In this document: one piece after another, positions 8,248 through 16,538 of the stretch
Layout of the letters: each line of letters starts with the position of its first letter
Numbering within the stretch: position 1 is the first letter of the stretch
Assembly: GCA_044869275.1 (NCBI GenBank)
Contig: JBIOXB010000009.1
Span: forward strand, 1-31,107
Source of the DNA: a bacterium
GTDB lineage: Bacteria; Zhuqueibacterota; Zhuqueibacteria; Zhuqueibacterales; Zhuqueibacteraceae
DNA: 31,107 bases
Reading direction: 5' to 3'
The notes under the pieces: model-generated
Database searches by the model: none
What the model was told of the DNA's origin: nothing
What the model saw: the letters and a program-made list of their open reading frames with translations, nothing else
Translations under genes and position numbers: made by a program

Positions 8248-9385
8248 AAAACCTTGTCAAGGGATGCAGGCTATATCGCCGTTTGGATTCATCTAGTTTT
8301 TCGCTCGCTTCCAGTAGCCACAATTCAATTAATTGACCAAGCCCCTCATCCAAATCCCATCCTTGAAGTTCGCTGGCCGCAGCAAGTGAAGCTTTCGAAG
8401 CCGAAGAAGCAAAAATGGGCATAATCAGCAGGATCTTTCTTGCAGGGTGCGATAGTAACGACCAAGCCCGGTCAAAAATGAACACAAAAATATCACCGTG
8501 AGCGCCATACAGGCCGTTCAGCACACCGTCGATGGTCTGTCCACGCTGCCGGATTTGGCCGATCGACCATTTGATGGCGAGAGGGGCGCCACCGGTCGCC
8601 TCATAGAAACGGCGAAAATTTGTTTGATTCGCCGTGAGGGCTTTCAGCTCGAGCCCTAGACGTTCCCCTTCATTTTCAATCAGAAGCAGTGTTTCCTCTG
8701 TTGTCAAGCCGCGCAACGAGACCGCGCGGGCTTGACGAAGGCTTTGCGTCCGGCTCGTGATCAGGCATTTGCTGGGCTCCGGCAGATTCAGAACAAAGTC
8801 CTGCACCGCATCATCCGTCACGGTTTCAAAATTATCGACGACCAGCAAACAAGGTTTCTCTTGCAATCGTTTGACGATTTCGTGGCGTTTCTCGGAGAGA
8901 GGCAATTGCGTGAGAAAAGGATAGTCCAGCGCATGTGCGATGACATCGAGGACATCGTTGATAATCAGTTCGCGATCTTTGGCAGAGGTCCAGATGAAAG
9001 CCTCAAACTTATGAATGCTGCCGGATTCCGGCTTGGAATCTTGGCTTGCGCGCAAGCATTCGTGCAAAACTTCCAGGGCCAGGCAGGTTTTGCCGATGCC
9101 GCCAATGCCATCGATCATGATGATATAGGAACGGGAACTCAGTGCTTCGTGCACCTGCCGCTTTTCTTTCTCGCGGCCGACGAAGTCACTGCGATGCGGG
9201 AGGTTGTGAGGGATCGTGCGCGACGAAGCGGCAACGAGGGATGCGGCTGGAATTTGTTCGCTGTTACCGCTCTTCTGTGTATTTCTTTCCCGCCACCATT
9301 CCGGTATGCTCTTTTGACCAATAATGAGAACATAAACAAAGGCAAGTATGCCGGCAACCGCCGCTACCATGGTCAACGAGTCCAC
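8225..9385 (-). CDS. NB-ARC/STAND NTPase with N-terminal TM helix, truncated after the winged helix
   Basis: HNLP..FVGR, Walker A GIGGIGKT, Walker B LLVVDNFE, ITSR, GGAPLAI, RYSLHPLTR. GTG at 9385 has a GGAG RBS. Hydrophobic segment VAAVAGILAFVYVLIIG. Confidence 0.88.
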   Translation of the reverse strand: MDSLTMVAAVAGILAFVYVLIIGQKSIPEWWRERNTQKSGNSEQIPAASLVAASSRTIPHNLPHRSDFVGREKEKRQVHEALSSRSYIIMIDGIGGIGKTCLALEVLHECLRASQDSKPESGSIHKFEAFIWTSAKDRELIINDVLDVIAHALDYPFLTQLPLSEKRHEIVKRLQEKPCLLVVDNFETVTDDAVQDFVLNLPEPSKCLITSRTQSLRQARAVSLRGLTTEETLLLIENEGERLGLELKALTANQTNFRRFYEATGGAPLAIKWSIGQIRQRGQTIDGVLNGLYGAHGDIFVFIFDRAWSLLSHPARKILLIMPIFASSASKASLAAASELQGWDLDEGLGQLIELWLLEASEKLDESKRRYSLHPLTRFFAQHRLD

Positions 9386-9514
9386 GCAAATTCTCCCCGA
9401 CACATAATACGTCGCAAGGGCAATATCCAATCATTCTGCAACAGCCTGCACTGCGAATCTGGCATGTTTCGTATTACCCCGATTCATGCGCGGTGCCGTG
9501 TTCAACCAAGATTC

Positions 9515-9644
9515 GGACTGTGTGAAAACGCTTGGTTTCAACGCAGGCTGAGCTTGTCGAAGCCGGATTTTTGAACTTAGCACCTTTCGACAAGCTCCCT
9601 TCGACAAGCTCAGGGTGCGGCATTCCCAAGTTTTCACACAGTCT
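9515..9644. mobile_element. MITE-like element, copy 2 (130 bp)
   Basis: Perfect 14-bp TIR GACTGTGTGAAAAC / GTTTTCACACAGTC. GATTC at 9510-9514 and 9645-9649. Internal tandem duplication of the ~14-bp CTTCGACAAGCTC unit. Followed by CTACGGAATGACA, the remainder of the REP arm. Confidence 0.82.
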
Positions 9645-9692
9645 GATTCCTACGGAATGACATTCCAAGGATTTCAGATGGGCGCTTGCAAT

Positions 9693-9721
9693 AATCCAAC
9701 AATCCACAAATCCCTCATTCC
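9693..9721. repeat. Short octamer tandem repeat (AATCCNNN x3-4)
   Basis: AATCCAAC AATCCACA AATCCCTC ATTCC. Confidence 0.55.
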
Positions 9722-9726
9722 GGGTT

Positions 9727-10995
9727 TTATTCTTCTCCCGGCGGCCACAGGCTCGCGCCCACGTCCGTGCGATAATAGCTGCTCAAACATTTGAGCTTGC
9801 GAATATTCTCATAAGCCAGGGTGATCGCATCTTCGAGCCTGGCGGCGACGGCAACAATATCGGCGATACGATGTCCGGTCATAATTAGTTTTCCGCGCGC
9901 GTTTTCGGCGACTTCATTCCACCAAATGTCGCAGGTCGCAGATTCTTGCATCGTCACCGGCAATGACGGTCCTTGAATCGCGGTGTAGGGATAGCCAAAT
10001 CCGGCCAGCGTCAAATTGCAGCCGAATTGCACCTCTTCGCGAAAATCGAGCCGGAATTTTTCATTGCCGGCGGTCTGATACACGGCCGCAAGGGGATGCT
10101 GGAGAAAACGCAGAATCATTTGCGTGGAAGTGACGCCCATGCGCACGTTGTATTCCAGCACGTGCCATTTGCCGTCCTTCATCGCGGCCGTGACTTGCAC
10201 CGGGCCGTGAAAATTGGTTTCGCGAAACCAGGGAAGCAGCGGATGCAGCAGCGTCTTCGCCAAGCCGTATTTATCGTTCGGATCTTTTTCCGCGAGCCCG
10301 CCCAGCGGCGCCCCCGCCACCGGTCCCATGTTGCCGTTGAACGCGCGCTTGTATTCCTGATTTGTGACCAGCGAATGAATCTCGCCGCCGCTCACCAGCG
10401 CGATGTGGCCGGCCTCGCGGCGGCCAACGTATTCCTGAAGAAAAACGCCTTCGGCATAATCGATGCGTTCGAGCCAGCCGAGCGTGTCTTCGACATTTTC
10501 ACAAACAATGGTGTGAATTGGACTGGTGGGCGAGCACAGCGGATTCTTGATCACGAACGGCCGCGGGTCCTGTTTGACCATGGCCTCCGCTTCCAATCGG
10601 TTGCGCGCGACATAAGCTTGCGGAAACGGAACGCCGTAGCGCTGGCACAATTCGCGCGCAAAATCGCGCTCGCGCTCGAGCCGCATCGCTTCTCCGCGTG
10701 CGCAAAAAATCGGAACGCCGAGCGACTGCAATTCTTCCGACCAGGGTTGCAGTACCCAATCAATGGACATGGGCACGAGCAGATCGACCCCTTTGTCGCG
10801 CACAAAGCGGCAGGGATTGGGAAAATAGGAAGCGGGATACACTTCGCCGGCGAGCGAGGGGCCGTAGTGGCCGTAGTTGCGCGTGAGATAACAGCTCACC
10901 TCCGCGCCCGTCTCTTTAAGAATGCGCATCATGGCATGCGCAAACGCGCCGACGCCGAGGATCATCACGTGCTTTGGGCTGGGCATGTTTTTCAT
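9727..10995 (-). CDS. Divergent PurD-like (GAR synthetase fold) ATP-grasp ligase
   Basis: PurD-like layout: GVPIF..AMRLE...YGVP, PFVIK, FLQEYV, QEYKRAF.G.MGP, VLEYNVRMG, GYP, GHRI, YYRTDVG. Canonical PurD motifs are replaced. Confidence 0.82.
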   Translation of the reverse strand: MKNMPSPKHVMILGVGAFAHAMMRILKETGAEVSCYLTRNYGHYGPSLAGEVYPASYFPNPCRFVRDKGVDLLVPMSIDWVLQPWSEELQSLGVPIFCARGEAMRLERERDFARELCQRYGVPFPQAYVARNRLEAEAMVKQDPRPFVIKNPLCSPTSPIHTIVCENVEDTLGWLERIDYAEGVFLQEYVGRREAGHIALVSGGEIHSLVTNQEYKRAFNGNMGPVAGAPLGGLAEKDPNDKYGLAKTLLHPLLPWFRETNFHGPVQVTAAMKDGKWHVLEYNVRMGVTSTQMILRFLQHPLAAVYQTAGNEKFRLDFREEVQFGCNLTLAGFGYPYTAIQGPSLPVTMQESATCDIWWNEVAENARGKLIMTGHRIADIVAVAARLEDAITLAYENIRKLKCLSSYYRTDVGASLWPPGEE

Positions 10996-11032
10996 TGGAG
11001 ATATTTTTTGATGGGATAAAAGCGCAAGAGCC

Positions 11033-11854
11033 TCATGCAGAATACAACACTGGGTTCAGCGGCGTATCCACCACCTCCCCAACTTTCGCGCCGGGCATCC
11101 AGGTTTCCCAGTCCGCGATTTGGTTGTCATTCTTGGGCTGCGCCAGGCGCATGCCGTCTTCCATATAAATAATCGTCATCACGGCGCGCGGCACGTTGGA
11201 TTTGTTCTCGCCCGCGCGATGAAACGTCCAACCGTAGTGATAGCTCACTTCTCCCAATTCAAAGGGCGCTTCAATCAACGGCAGGCGATACTTTTCCAAT
11301 TCAGCTTGCACAAGTGCTTCGCTTTCGTCACTGATGGCCAGATGCCGGCCGAAATCGAGTTTGTGGCTGCCCGAGCTGAAAGCAAGCGGACCGAGCGCCA
11401 GCGGCGTGTCCTGCAGCGGAATCCAAACGGTGCAGGTGTTGTCGTTGCTCAATGGCCAATAGAATTGATCTGCATGCCAGGGCGTGATGCCGCCGCCCGG
11501 CTCTTTGTACAAGGCTTGATCGTGATACAAGCGCACGCCGGACACACCCAGCAATTCCGCCGCGAGACGTGCCAGCCGTTTGCTGAAACAAAACTCCTTT
11601 GCGATTTCACTCTGCCGCCACAAATTCATGATCTGCAAAAAAGCCCGCTCGTACGTCGTACGCTCGGACATGGGCTTGTGCAGCGTGTTCAGACGCAGCA
11701 CTTGCGCCGTGATCTCCCGGCCATAATAAGCCAGCAGCTCCGGCGGCAAGACATTCCTCAATTTGACAAAACCGTGCGCGCGAAAATGCTCGATTTGCAC
11801 ACGCGACAAGGGATGTGGTTGATGTAATTCCTGCAGGGTGTGAGCGGGTGTCAT
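11033..11854 (-). CDS. Phytanoyl-CoA dioxygenase (PhyH) family Fe(II)/2OG oxygenase
   Basis: HGFVKL, DQALYKEPGGGITPWHAD (HxD), VWIPL, GSHK, TFHRAGEN...R (distal His and 2OG-binding Arg). ATG at 11854 preferred. Confidence 0.92.
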   Translation of the reverse strand: MTPAHTLQELHQPHPLSRVQIEHFRAHGFVKLRNVLPPELLAYYGREITAQVLRLNTLHKPMSERTTYERAFLQIMNLWRQSEIAKEFCFSKRLARLAAELLGVSGVRLYHDQALYKEPGGGITPWHADQFYWPLSNDNTCTVWIPLQDTPLALGPLAFSSGSHKLDFGRHLAISDESEALVQAELEKYRLPLIEAPFELGEVSYHYGWTFHRAGENKSNVPRAVMTIIYMEDGMRLAQPKNDNQIADWETWMPGAKVGEVVDTPLNPVLYSA

Positions 11855-11890
11855 GGCTTGAAAGAAAGTTTTTTGAAAAAGCACCTGGTC

Positions 11891-11919
11891 AATATACGGG
11901 TTGTGCAAAAAAGTCGCAA
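11891..11919 (-). promoter_or_regulatory. Sigma70-type promoter for the PhyH/PurD-like unit
   Basis: Minus strand TTGCGA-N17-TATATT, 36 nt upstream of ATG 11854. Confidence 0.55.
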
Positions 11920-12078
11920 GAATAAATGCCGAAAGGAAAATCGAGAATCGTCGAAGAGGAAGTGCCGGAAAAGAAGGAGAAGTGGGTGCGAGATTATGTT
12001 ATCATTTGCATGAACAGCCGCCCAGCTGCGGCGGGAGCATGATTGTGGGCAGGTCAGGAAGCAAAGTCGGAAGCGCTG

Positions 12079-12112
12079 CGCGCGAGCGGAAGTCCTTTCC
12101 TCAGCTCGCGCG
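12079..12112. terminator. GC-rich hairpin downstream of the small membrane protein gene
   Basis: CGCGCGAGC...GCTCGCGCG inverted repeat. Confidence 0.45.
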
Positions 12113-12133
12113 ATTCGCTCCTCTTGGTGAATC

Positions 12134-12505
12134 TTAAAAGAAACGTGGAATCAACAACGCCAGGCCCAGAAAAACAATGGCATGCAAGGCGACCTTGTCC
12201 AGTTTGCGATGGTTCTTCATCGACACAAACACCAGCGCAACGGCCAGCATGGCGAGCAGGGCAAGCTGTACGTGCAGAACATCGTTCTGCAGCAAAAGCG
12301 AGAGTCCCGCGCCGAGGAAACTCCACGCCAGCGAAATGCTCGTGCTGACCAGGGCCATGCCCAGCCAGTTCAAATCGGATTCTTGCTCTTCCGCACCGCG
12401 TCCTTGCGCCGGTGAAACCAGAATCCAGGATTTAATGATGAAATACGACATGCAGGTGATTCCCACGATATACCCGGAGATCAGCCAATTGATGATGACT
12501 TCCAT
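12134..12505 (-). CDS. Small integral membrane protein (about 4 TM), function unknown
   Basis: AGAGGAG RBS before ATG 12505 and four hydrophobic segments. Confidence 0.7.
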   Translation of the reverse strand: MEVIINWLISGYIVGITCMSYFIIKSWILVSPAQGRGAEEQESDLNWLGMALVSTSISLAWSFLGAGLSLLLQNDVLHVQLALLAMLAVALVFVSMKNHRKLDKVALHAIVFLGLALLIPRFF

Positions 12506-12943
12506 GATGCAAGCTCCTCTTGTTCCTGCAAGGCACCACAATACGTGCCACGTGCCCGGCGGTTGTCCTTAACCGATTTTTTTTATTTGTATAACGAGAA
12601 GTGATTCGCGCGTTTGCGCATCCATCGCACTTCCACACTCGAGATTGCAACATCCATGCCCATCACGCTGGAGTTATTTTTGATGGGAATTTATCGATTA
12701 TGAAGAGCGAAAATTCTTGGCGGTAATTTCCAAAGCGAAGGCGGGATGACAAATTGGTAATTCTGGTTGAAATGATTCGAAAGCGCACGCGGTCTAGGTG
12801 CGCTGTCACTGTCATGCGGCATTGGCGGGATGGCGCTTACGGCAGCAATAATCGCATACGGAAATCGACAAGAGCGGGAAGCGGCCTCGGCATGAAAGCG
12901 GGCACGACGGGGTGCCCACGAGGCGGGGAGAGGAGTGATCGTA

Positions 12944-13159
12944 TCACTTCTCCTGCTTCATCTGCTTGAGCATTTCGATTTCCGCTTCCAGCCGCTTTTG
13001 GCGGCGAACCATGCTGAAAATGTAACCCAAGAGCAGCGTCCAAACCACGAGGAATCCGGCAAACAGAAAATTCATATTCTTGTTGGGATTGCCCCCGGAA
13101 GTTTGCAGCCTCCAGTACAGACCACCAAGAAAATTCGCCAGCGTGAGCATCCACATCAT
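12944..13159 (-). CDS. ccmD: Heme exporter protein D-like (start at 13159 or 13075)
   Basis: MNFLFAGFLVVWTLLLGYIFSMVRRQKRLEAEI: single TM plus basic/coiled tail, directly after ccmC. Confidence 0.75.
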   Translation of the reverse strand: MMWMLTLANFLGGLYWRLQTSGGNPNKNMNFLFAGFLVVWTLLLGYIFSMVRRQKRLEAEIEMLKQMKQEK

Positions 13160-13179
13160 TTCTTCGTTCTCCGGAAAAA

Positions 13180-13977
13180 TCACTCAGATGCGAAAGCCAT
13201 TTCGTGCTTGAGATTCTCAGCCTCCAGGCGCGTGCGTTCCAGCCGCAAACGCAGCAACAACAAAAATACGAAAAGACAGATGAAAGTCACGATACTGAAC
13301 AGGAAAGCAAAACGCATGGCCGGCTCCAAGCCGGAACCACTGCCGCCCAGAATCACGGGCTGCGGATGCAGCGTGCGCCACAACCGGTTGGCCATGTACA
13401 CGATCGGCACGTCTACGAATCCGACGATGGCGAACACCGCAGCGAAGCGCGCGCCGCGCTGCTCCTCGCCGGTGAAGTTGCGCAGCATCAAATAACCCGC
13501 ATAGATGAACCACAACACCAGCGTCGTGGTCAAGCGCGGATCCCAGGACCACCAAGTGTTCCACACCGGCCGCGCCCAAATTGGCCCGGTGGTCAGAACC
13601 ACGGTGGTGAGCAGCACACCGACTTCGGCGGCGCAGTAGGCCACGCGGTCGGGCCACAACCGCTGCTTCGCCAAAAAGAGAATGCTATAAACGAAGGTCA
13701 CCGTGAAGGCGACAAAAGCCGTGATTGCCGAGGGCGCGTGGAAATAGAAAATGCGCTGCACGATGCCCATGCTGCTTTCCGTTGGCACGTAAACAAAAAT
13801 ATTGTACAGGTTCACGAACATCAGAACCGCGACGAGCACACCGAAAACGTTGGTCCAGCGCGAAAGTGTAGCGGCGGCGGGGAGTTGTTCAGAAACTATC
13901 GTCGCGGCTTGAAATGTAGAAGTCTTGTCAGACATAAACTCATCTAGTGAAGGTTCAGCTCTTTCCCAGTATGTCAT
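13180..13977 (-). CDS. ccmC: Heme exporter/cytochrome c assembly protein C
   Basis: RIFYFHAP, TGPIWARPVWNTWWSWDPRLT (WWD motif), WRTLHP. The true start may be the internal M of MSDK. Confidence 0.93.
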   Translation of the reverse strand: MTYWERAEPSLDEFMSDKTSTFQAATIVSEQLPAAATLSRWTNVFGVLVAVLMFVNLYNIFVYVPTESSMGIVQRIFYFHAPSAITAFVAFTVTFVYSILFLAKQRLWPDRVAYCAAEVGVLLTTVVLTTGPIWARPVWNTWWSWDPRLTTTLVLWFIYAGYLMLRNFTGEEQRGARFAAVFAIVGFVDVPIVYMANRLWRTLHPQPVILGGSGSGLEPAMRFAFLFSIVTFICLFVFLLLLRLRLERTRLEAENLKHEMAFASE

Positions 13978-14651
13978 TCTTCCAACACATATTCAAAAGT
14001 CACCCAACACACCAGAATAAAGATCAAATCGAATGCCACCAGAATTTTCAGCCAGCCGCTGATATCACCCCAGTCTCGTCCGGCGAGGGCGGCAGCGGAG
14101 GCGTGCACGGCAGAAAGAATCACCGGAATCTGCACCGGAAAAAGCAAAATGGGCAGCATGATCTCGCGGGTTTTGGTGTTGACGGAGATCGCGCTGAACA
14201 ACGTGCCGACCGCGGCAAAACCGATGGTGCCCAGCAGAAAAACGACCGCGAGCTTGCCCAGTCCCAGGGTGAGATCGAGATTGAAAAAAATCGCAAACAA
14301 AATGAACGTCGGAATTTCGATCAGCGAAATGAAAATAATATTGCTGCACGCTTTCGCCAGATAAATCAGCCCGCGATCGATCGGAGCGAGCATCAGGCCG
14401 TGCAACCCGCCGCGCTCCACTTCCTGCAACATCGCGCGATGCAATCCCAAAACACTGGCGAAAGTGAACGCCACCCAGAGAATGCCCGGGCTGGCTTCGC
14501 GCGTGGCCGTGCTGCCGGTTTCAAAGGTGAAAGCAAAAATCACCACCACAATGAGCGCGAACATGAGCATGGAAGAGATCAGCTCTTTGGTGCGAAACTC
14601 GGCCAGCAAATCCTTCCAAACCAAAGCTCGAATTTTTGCCGCCGCGTTCAT
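13974..14651 (-). CDS. ccmB: Heme exporter permease B
   Basis: KDLLAEFR, PGILW, E.ERGGL.GL.L.P, LLFPVQIPVI. Confidence 0.92.
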   Translation of the reverse strand: MNAAAKIRALVWKDLLAEFRTKELISSMLMFALIVVVIFAFTFETGSTATREASPGILWVAFTFASVLGLHRAMLQEVERGGLHGLMLAPIDRGLIYLAKACSNIIFISLIEIPTFILFAIFFNLDLTLGLGKLAVVFLLGTIGFAAVGTLFSAISVNTKTREIMLPILLFPVQIPVILSAVHASAAALAGRDWGDISGWLKILVAFDLIFILVCWVTFEYVLEE

Positions 14652-15388
14652 CGCCCTCCCTGCGAAACCAAATCGAAATACACGGCCTGCAAACGCAGCG
14701 CGTCGATCTGGGTCGCGCGTTCCTGCCAGACCATGCGGCCGCTCACGAGAATCATGAGACGATCGGCGAGCGCCAGGCCTTGCGCCAAGTCATGCGTCAC
14801 CAACAAAATCGTGCGGCGCTGCTCGCGCAGCTTTTGCAGCCAGCTCGTCAGCATCATGGCCGCGTGCTGGTCGAGACCGGAATAAGGCTCATCCAGAAAA
14901 AGAATGCTCGGCATGTGCAGCCTCGCCCGCGCGATCGCCAGGCGCTGCTGCATGCCGCGCGAGAAGGAACGCACGCGGTCGCCGGCTCTTTTTTCCAAGC
15001 CGACTTCAGCGAGCGCGGCCCGGGCACGATCATGCGGCCGGTCGAGATCGTAAAGGCGCGCATAAAACAATAAGTTCTCCGCCGCGGAGAGATCGTCGTA
15101 CAAAAAGGTCTGGTGGCCGATCACCCCGAGCCGTCGCCGCACGGCCAGCGGTTGCGTTTGCACCGCCATGCCGTCGATGAAGACTTCACCACTGCTGGGG
15201 CGGGAAATCGCGGAAAGGATACGCAGAAAAGTCGTTTTGCCCGCGCCATTGGGGCCGTAAATCGTCAAGCATTCGCCTGCTGGGATTTGGAGAGAGAGGC
15301 CCCGCAGCGCGTAAAAGCTTCCGAAGCGTTTGACCAAATCACGAACTTCAACTGCCGGTGTGTCTGCGCCGGGCGTCGTGGCGCTCAT
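14648..15388 (-). CDS. ccmA: Heme exporter ABC ATPase A
   Basis: GPNGAGKTT, LSAAENL, FSRGMQQR, FLDEPYSGLD, VTH. The ATG overlaps the upstream stop (ATGA) and the gene precedes ccmB. Confidence 0.9.
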   Translation of the reverse strand: MSATTPGADTPAVEVRDLVKRFGSFYALRGLSLQIPAGECLTIYGPNGAGKTTFLRILSAISRPSSGEVFIDGMAVQTQPLAVRRRLGVIGHQTFLYDDLSAAENLLFYARLYDLDRPHDRARAALAEVGLEKRAGDRVRSFSRGMQQRLAIARARLHMPSILFLDEPYSGLDQHAAMMLTSWLQKLREQRRTILLVTHDLAQGLALADRLMILVSGRMVWQERATQIDALRLQAVYFDLVSQGGR

Positions 15389-15777
15389 GCGAGTTTTGCT
15401 CCACAGACGCTGCAGTAGTGATCGGCACCCGTGACCGCCTGGCCGCATTGATGGCAGAAGCGCGTGTTCGGCTGCGCCGGAGTCTTTCTGACCGCCGCGG
15501 CGCGCGGCGCCAGGCTGTCCAATTTTTTCATGATCTCAATGGCTTCGTTTTTGTACTGGTCGCGCAGTGCTTCATAATCCTCCTCTGAAAGCTTGCCCAT
15601 GCGATAATCCAGCTCGATGTCGCGAATCGCCGCATAGATTTCCGCTTTGCGCGCCTGCCATTCCTCGCTTTGGTGATTCAACGCAAAACTCACTTTGCGC
15701 TGCGCTTTTTGCCAGAGTGGATAACTGATGATCACCGCGGCCACGATCGCCAGCGCCGTGCCGATGATTTCAATCAT
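15385..15777 (-). CDS. CcmI-N-like membrane-anchored protein with a C-terminal double zinc ribbon
   Basis: N-terminal TM, IRDIELDYRMGKLSEEDY (CcmI-like) and CHQCG...CSVCG. Confidence 0.8.
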   Translation of the reverse strand: MIEIIGTALAIVAAVIISYPLWQKAQRKVSFALNHQSEEWQARKAEIYAAIRDIELDYRMGKLSEEDYEALRDQYKNEAIEIMKKLDSLAPRAAAVRKTPAQPNTRFCHQCGQAVTGADHYCSVCGAKLA

Positions 15778-15788
15778 GATCCTTCGCC

Positions 15789-16280
15789 TCAACTTTGGAA
15801 TTTGCGAAATTCGTCTTCGAAGCGCGAGCCATAAACGTCTGTGCTTCCGGCTCCGGCATTCCGCGCGGGGGGAAGCGCCGGAGAAAGGCTTTGCCGGCGC
15901 CAGCGCCTGACCACGACGGCAACCACGATGCCACCCAAGGCCAACGCCAGGAACGGCAGGACCCAGGCCATGAGATTGAACCCCTGCTTGGTCGGCGCCG
16001 AGAGAATGCGTTCCCCGTATTTGGCAGACATGGCCTGCAAAATCTGATCGCGGCTTTTGCCCTGCTGCATGAATTGTGAGACTTCCCGGCTGAGCGCGCG
16101 TGATTCGCTGCACACCATGCCGCCCAAACAATCCTGCACGGTCATGCCGCAGCCACAATAACACGCCAATTCGCGGCGAATCGCGCTTAGCGTTGTAACA
16201 TCAACGGCGGAAGAATCCGCCGCTTCCTGCGCCAGCGCCGAGGTGCAGAGCACCAACCACATGATCCACAATCTTTGCAT
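15789..16280 (-). CDS. ccmH: Cytochrome c biogenesis protein CcmH/CcmL
   Basis: Signal peptide, LACYCGCG...DC, GKSRDQIL..M.AKYGERILSAP, GFNLMAWVLP. Confidence 0.85.
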   Translation of the reverse strand: MQRLWIMWLVLCTSALAQEAADSSAVDVTTLSAIRRELACYCGCGMTVQDCLGGMVCSESRALSREVSQFMQQGKSRDQILQAMSAKYGERILSAPTKQGFNLMAWVLPFLALALGGIVVAVVVRRWRRQSLSPALPPARNAGAGSTDVYGSRFEDEFRKFQS

Positions 16281-16364
16281 GAAGAGCTCATGACCTAATT
16301 TTGAAAGGCTATCAGCCTGGTGTATAGCTGAAGTGACACGGCACCGCGACTGCTGTGCGCAATG

Positions 16365-16393
16365 ATTCTAATTAAGAATTCGATGACTATCAA
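16365..16393 (-). promoter_or_regulatory. Sigma70-type promoter for the ccm cluster
   Basis: Minus strand TTGATA-N17-TAGAAT. Confidence 0.65.
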
Positions 16394-16538
16394 GCGAAAT
16401 CTTCGGCGCAACTCGAGACGTTCGCCAGAGGAAAAGTTATTTACGCAAATGCAACCACCGGCGGGTATTTTTTGGCACGATTTCGGAAGATCAAGCGACG
16501 ACCCAAGGAAGGGTCAGGCGAAGTTCATAGGGAACATT

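Noticed and set aside
9727..10995. Calling this gene purD
   Set aside because: Key PurD substrate motifs are replaced and there is no pur context, so the symbol is withheld.
12545..12940. Possible ncRNA or riboswitch in the 400-bp gap after ccmD
   Set aside because: Only short hairpins are visible and no family is recognisable by eye. An Infernal/Rfam search would be needed.
15778..16164. N-terminal 128 aa of ORF 15385-16164, and similar extensions of proB, ccmA and nuoJ
   Set aside because: They overlap neighbouring genes or promoters. Downstream starts fit RBS, gene overlap and family length better.
16470..16490. Sigma54-like TTGGCACG site
   Set aside because: The -12 TTGC element is missing at the required spacing.
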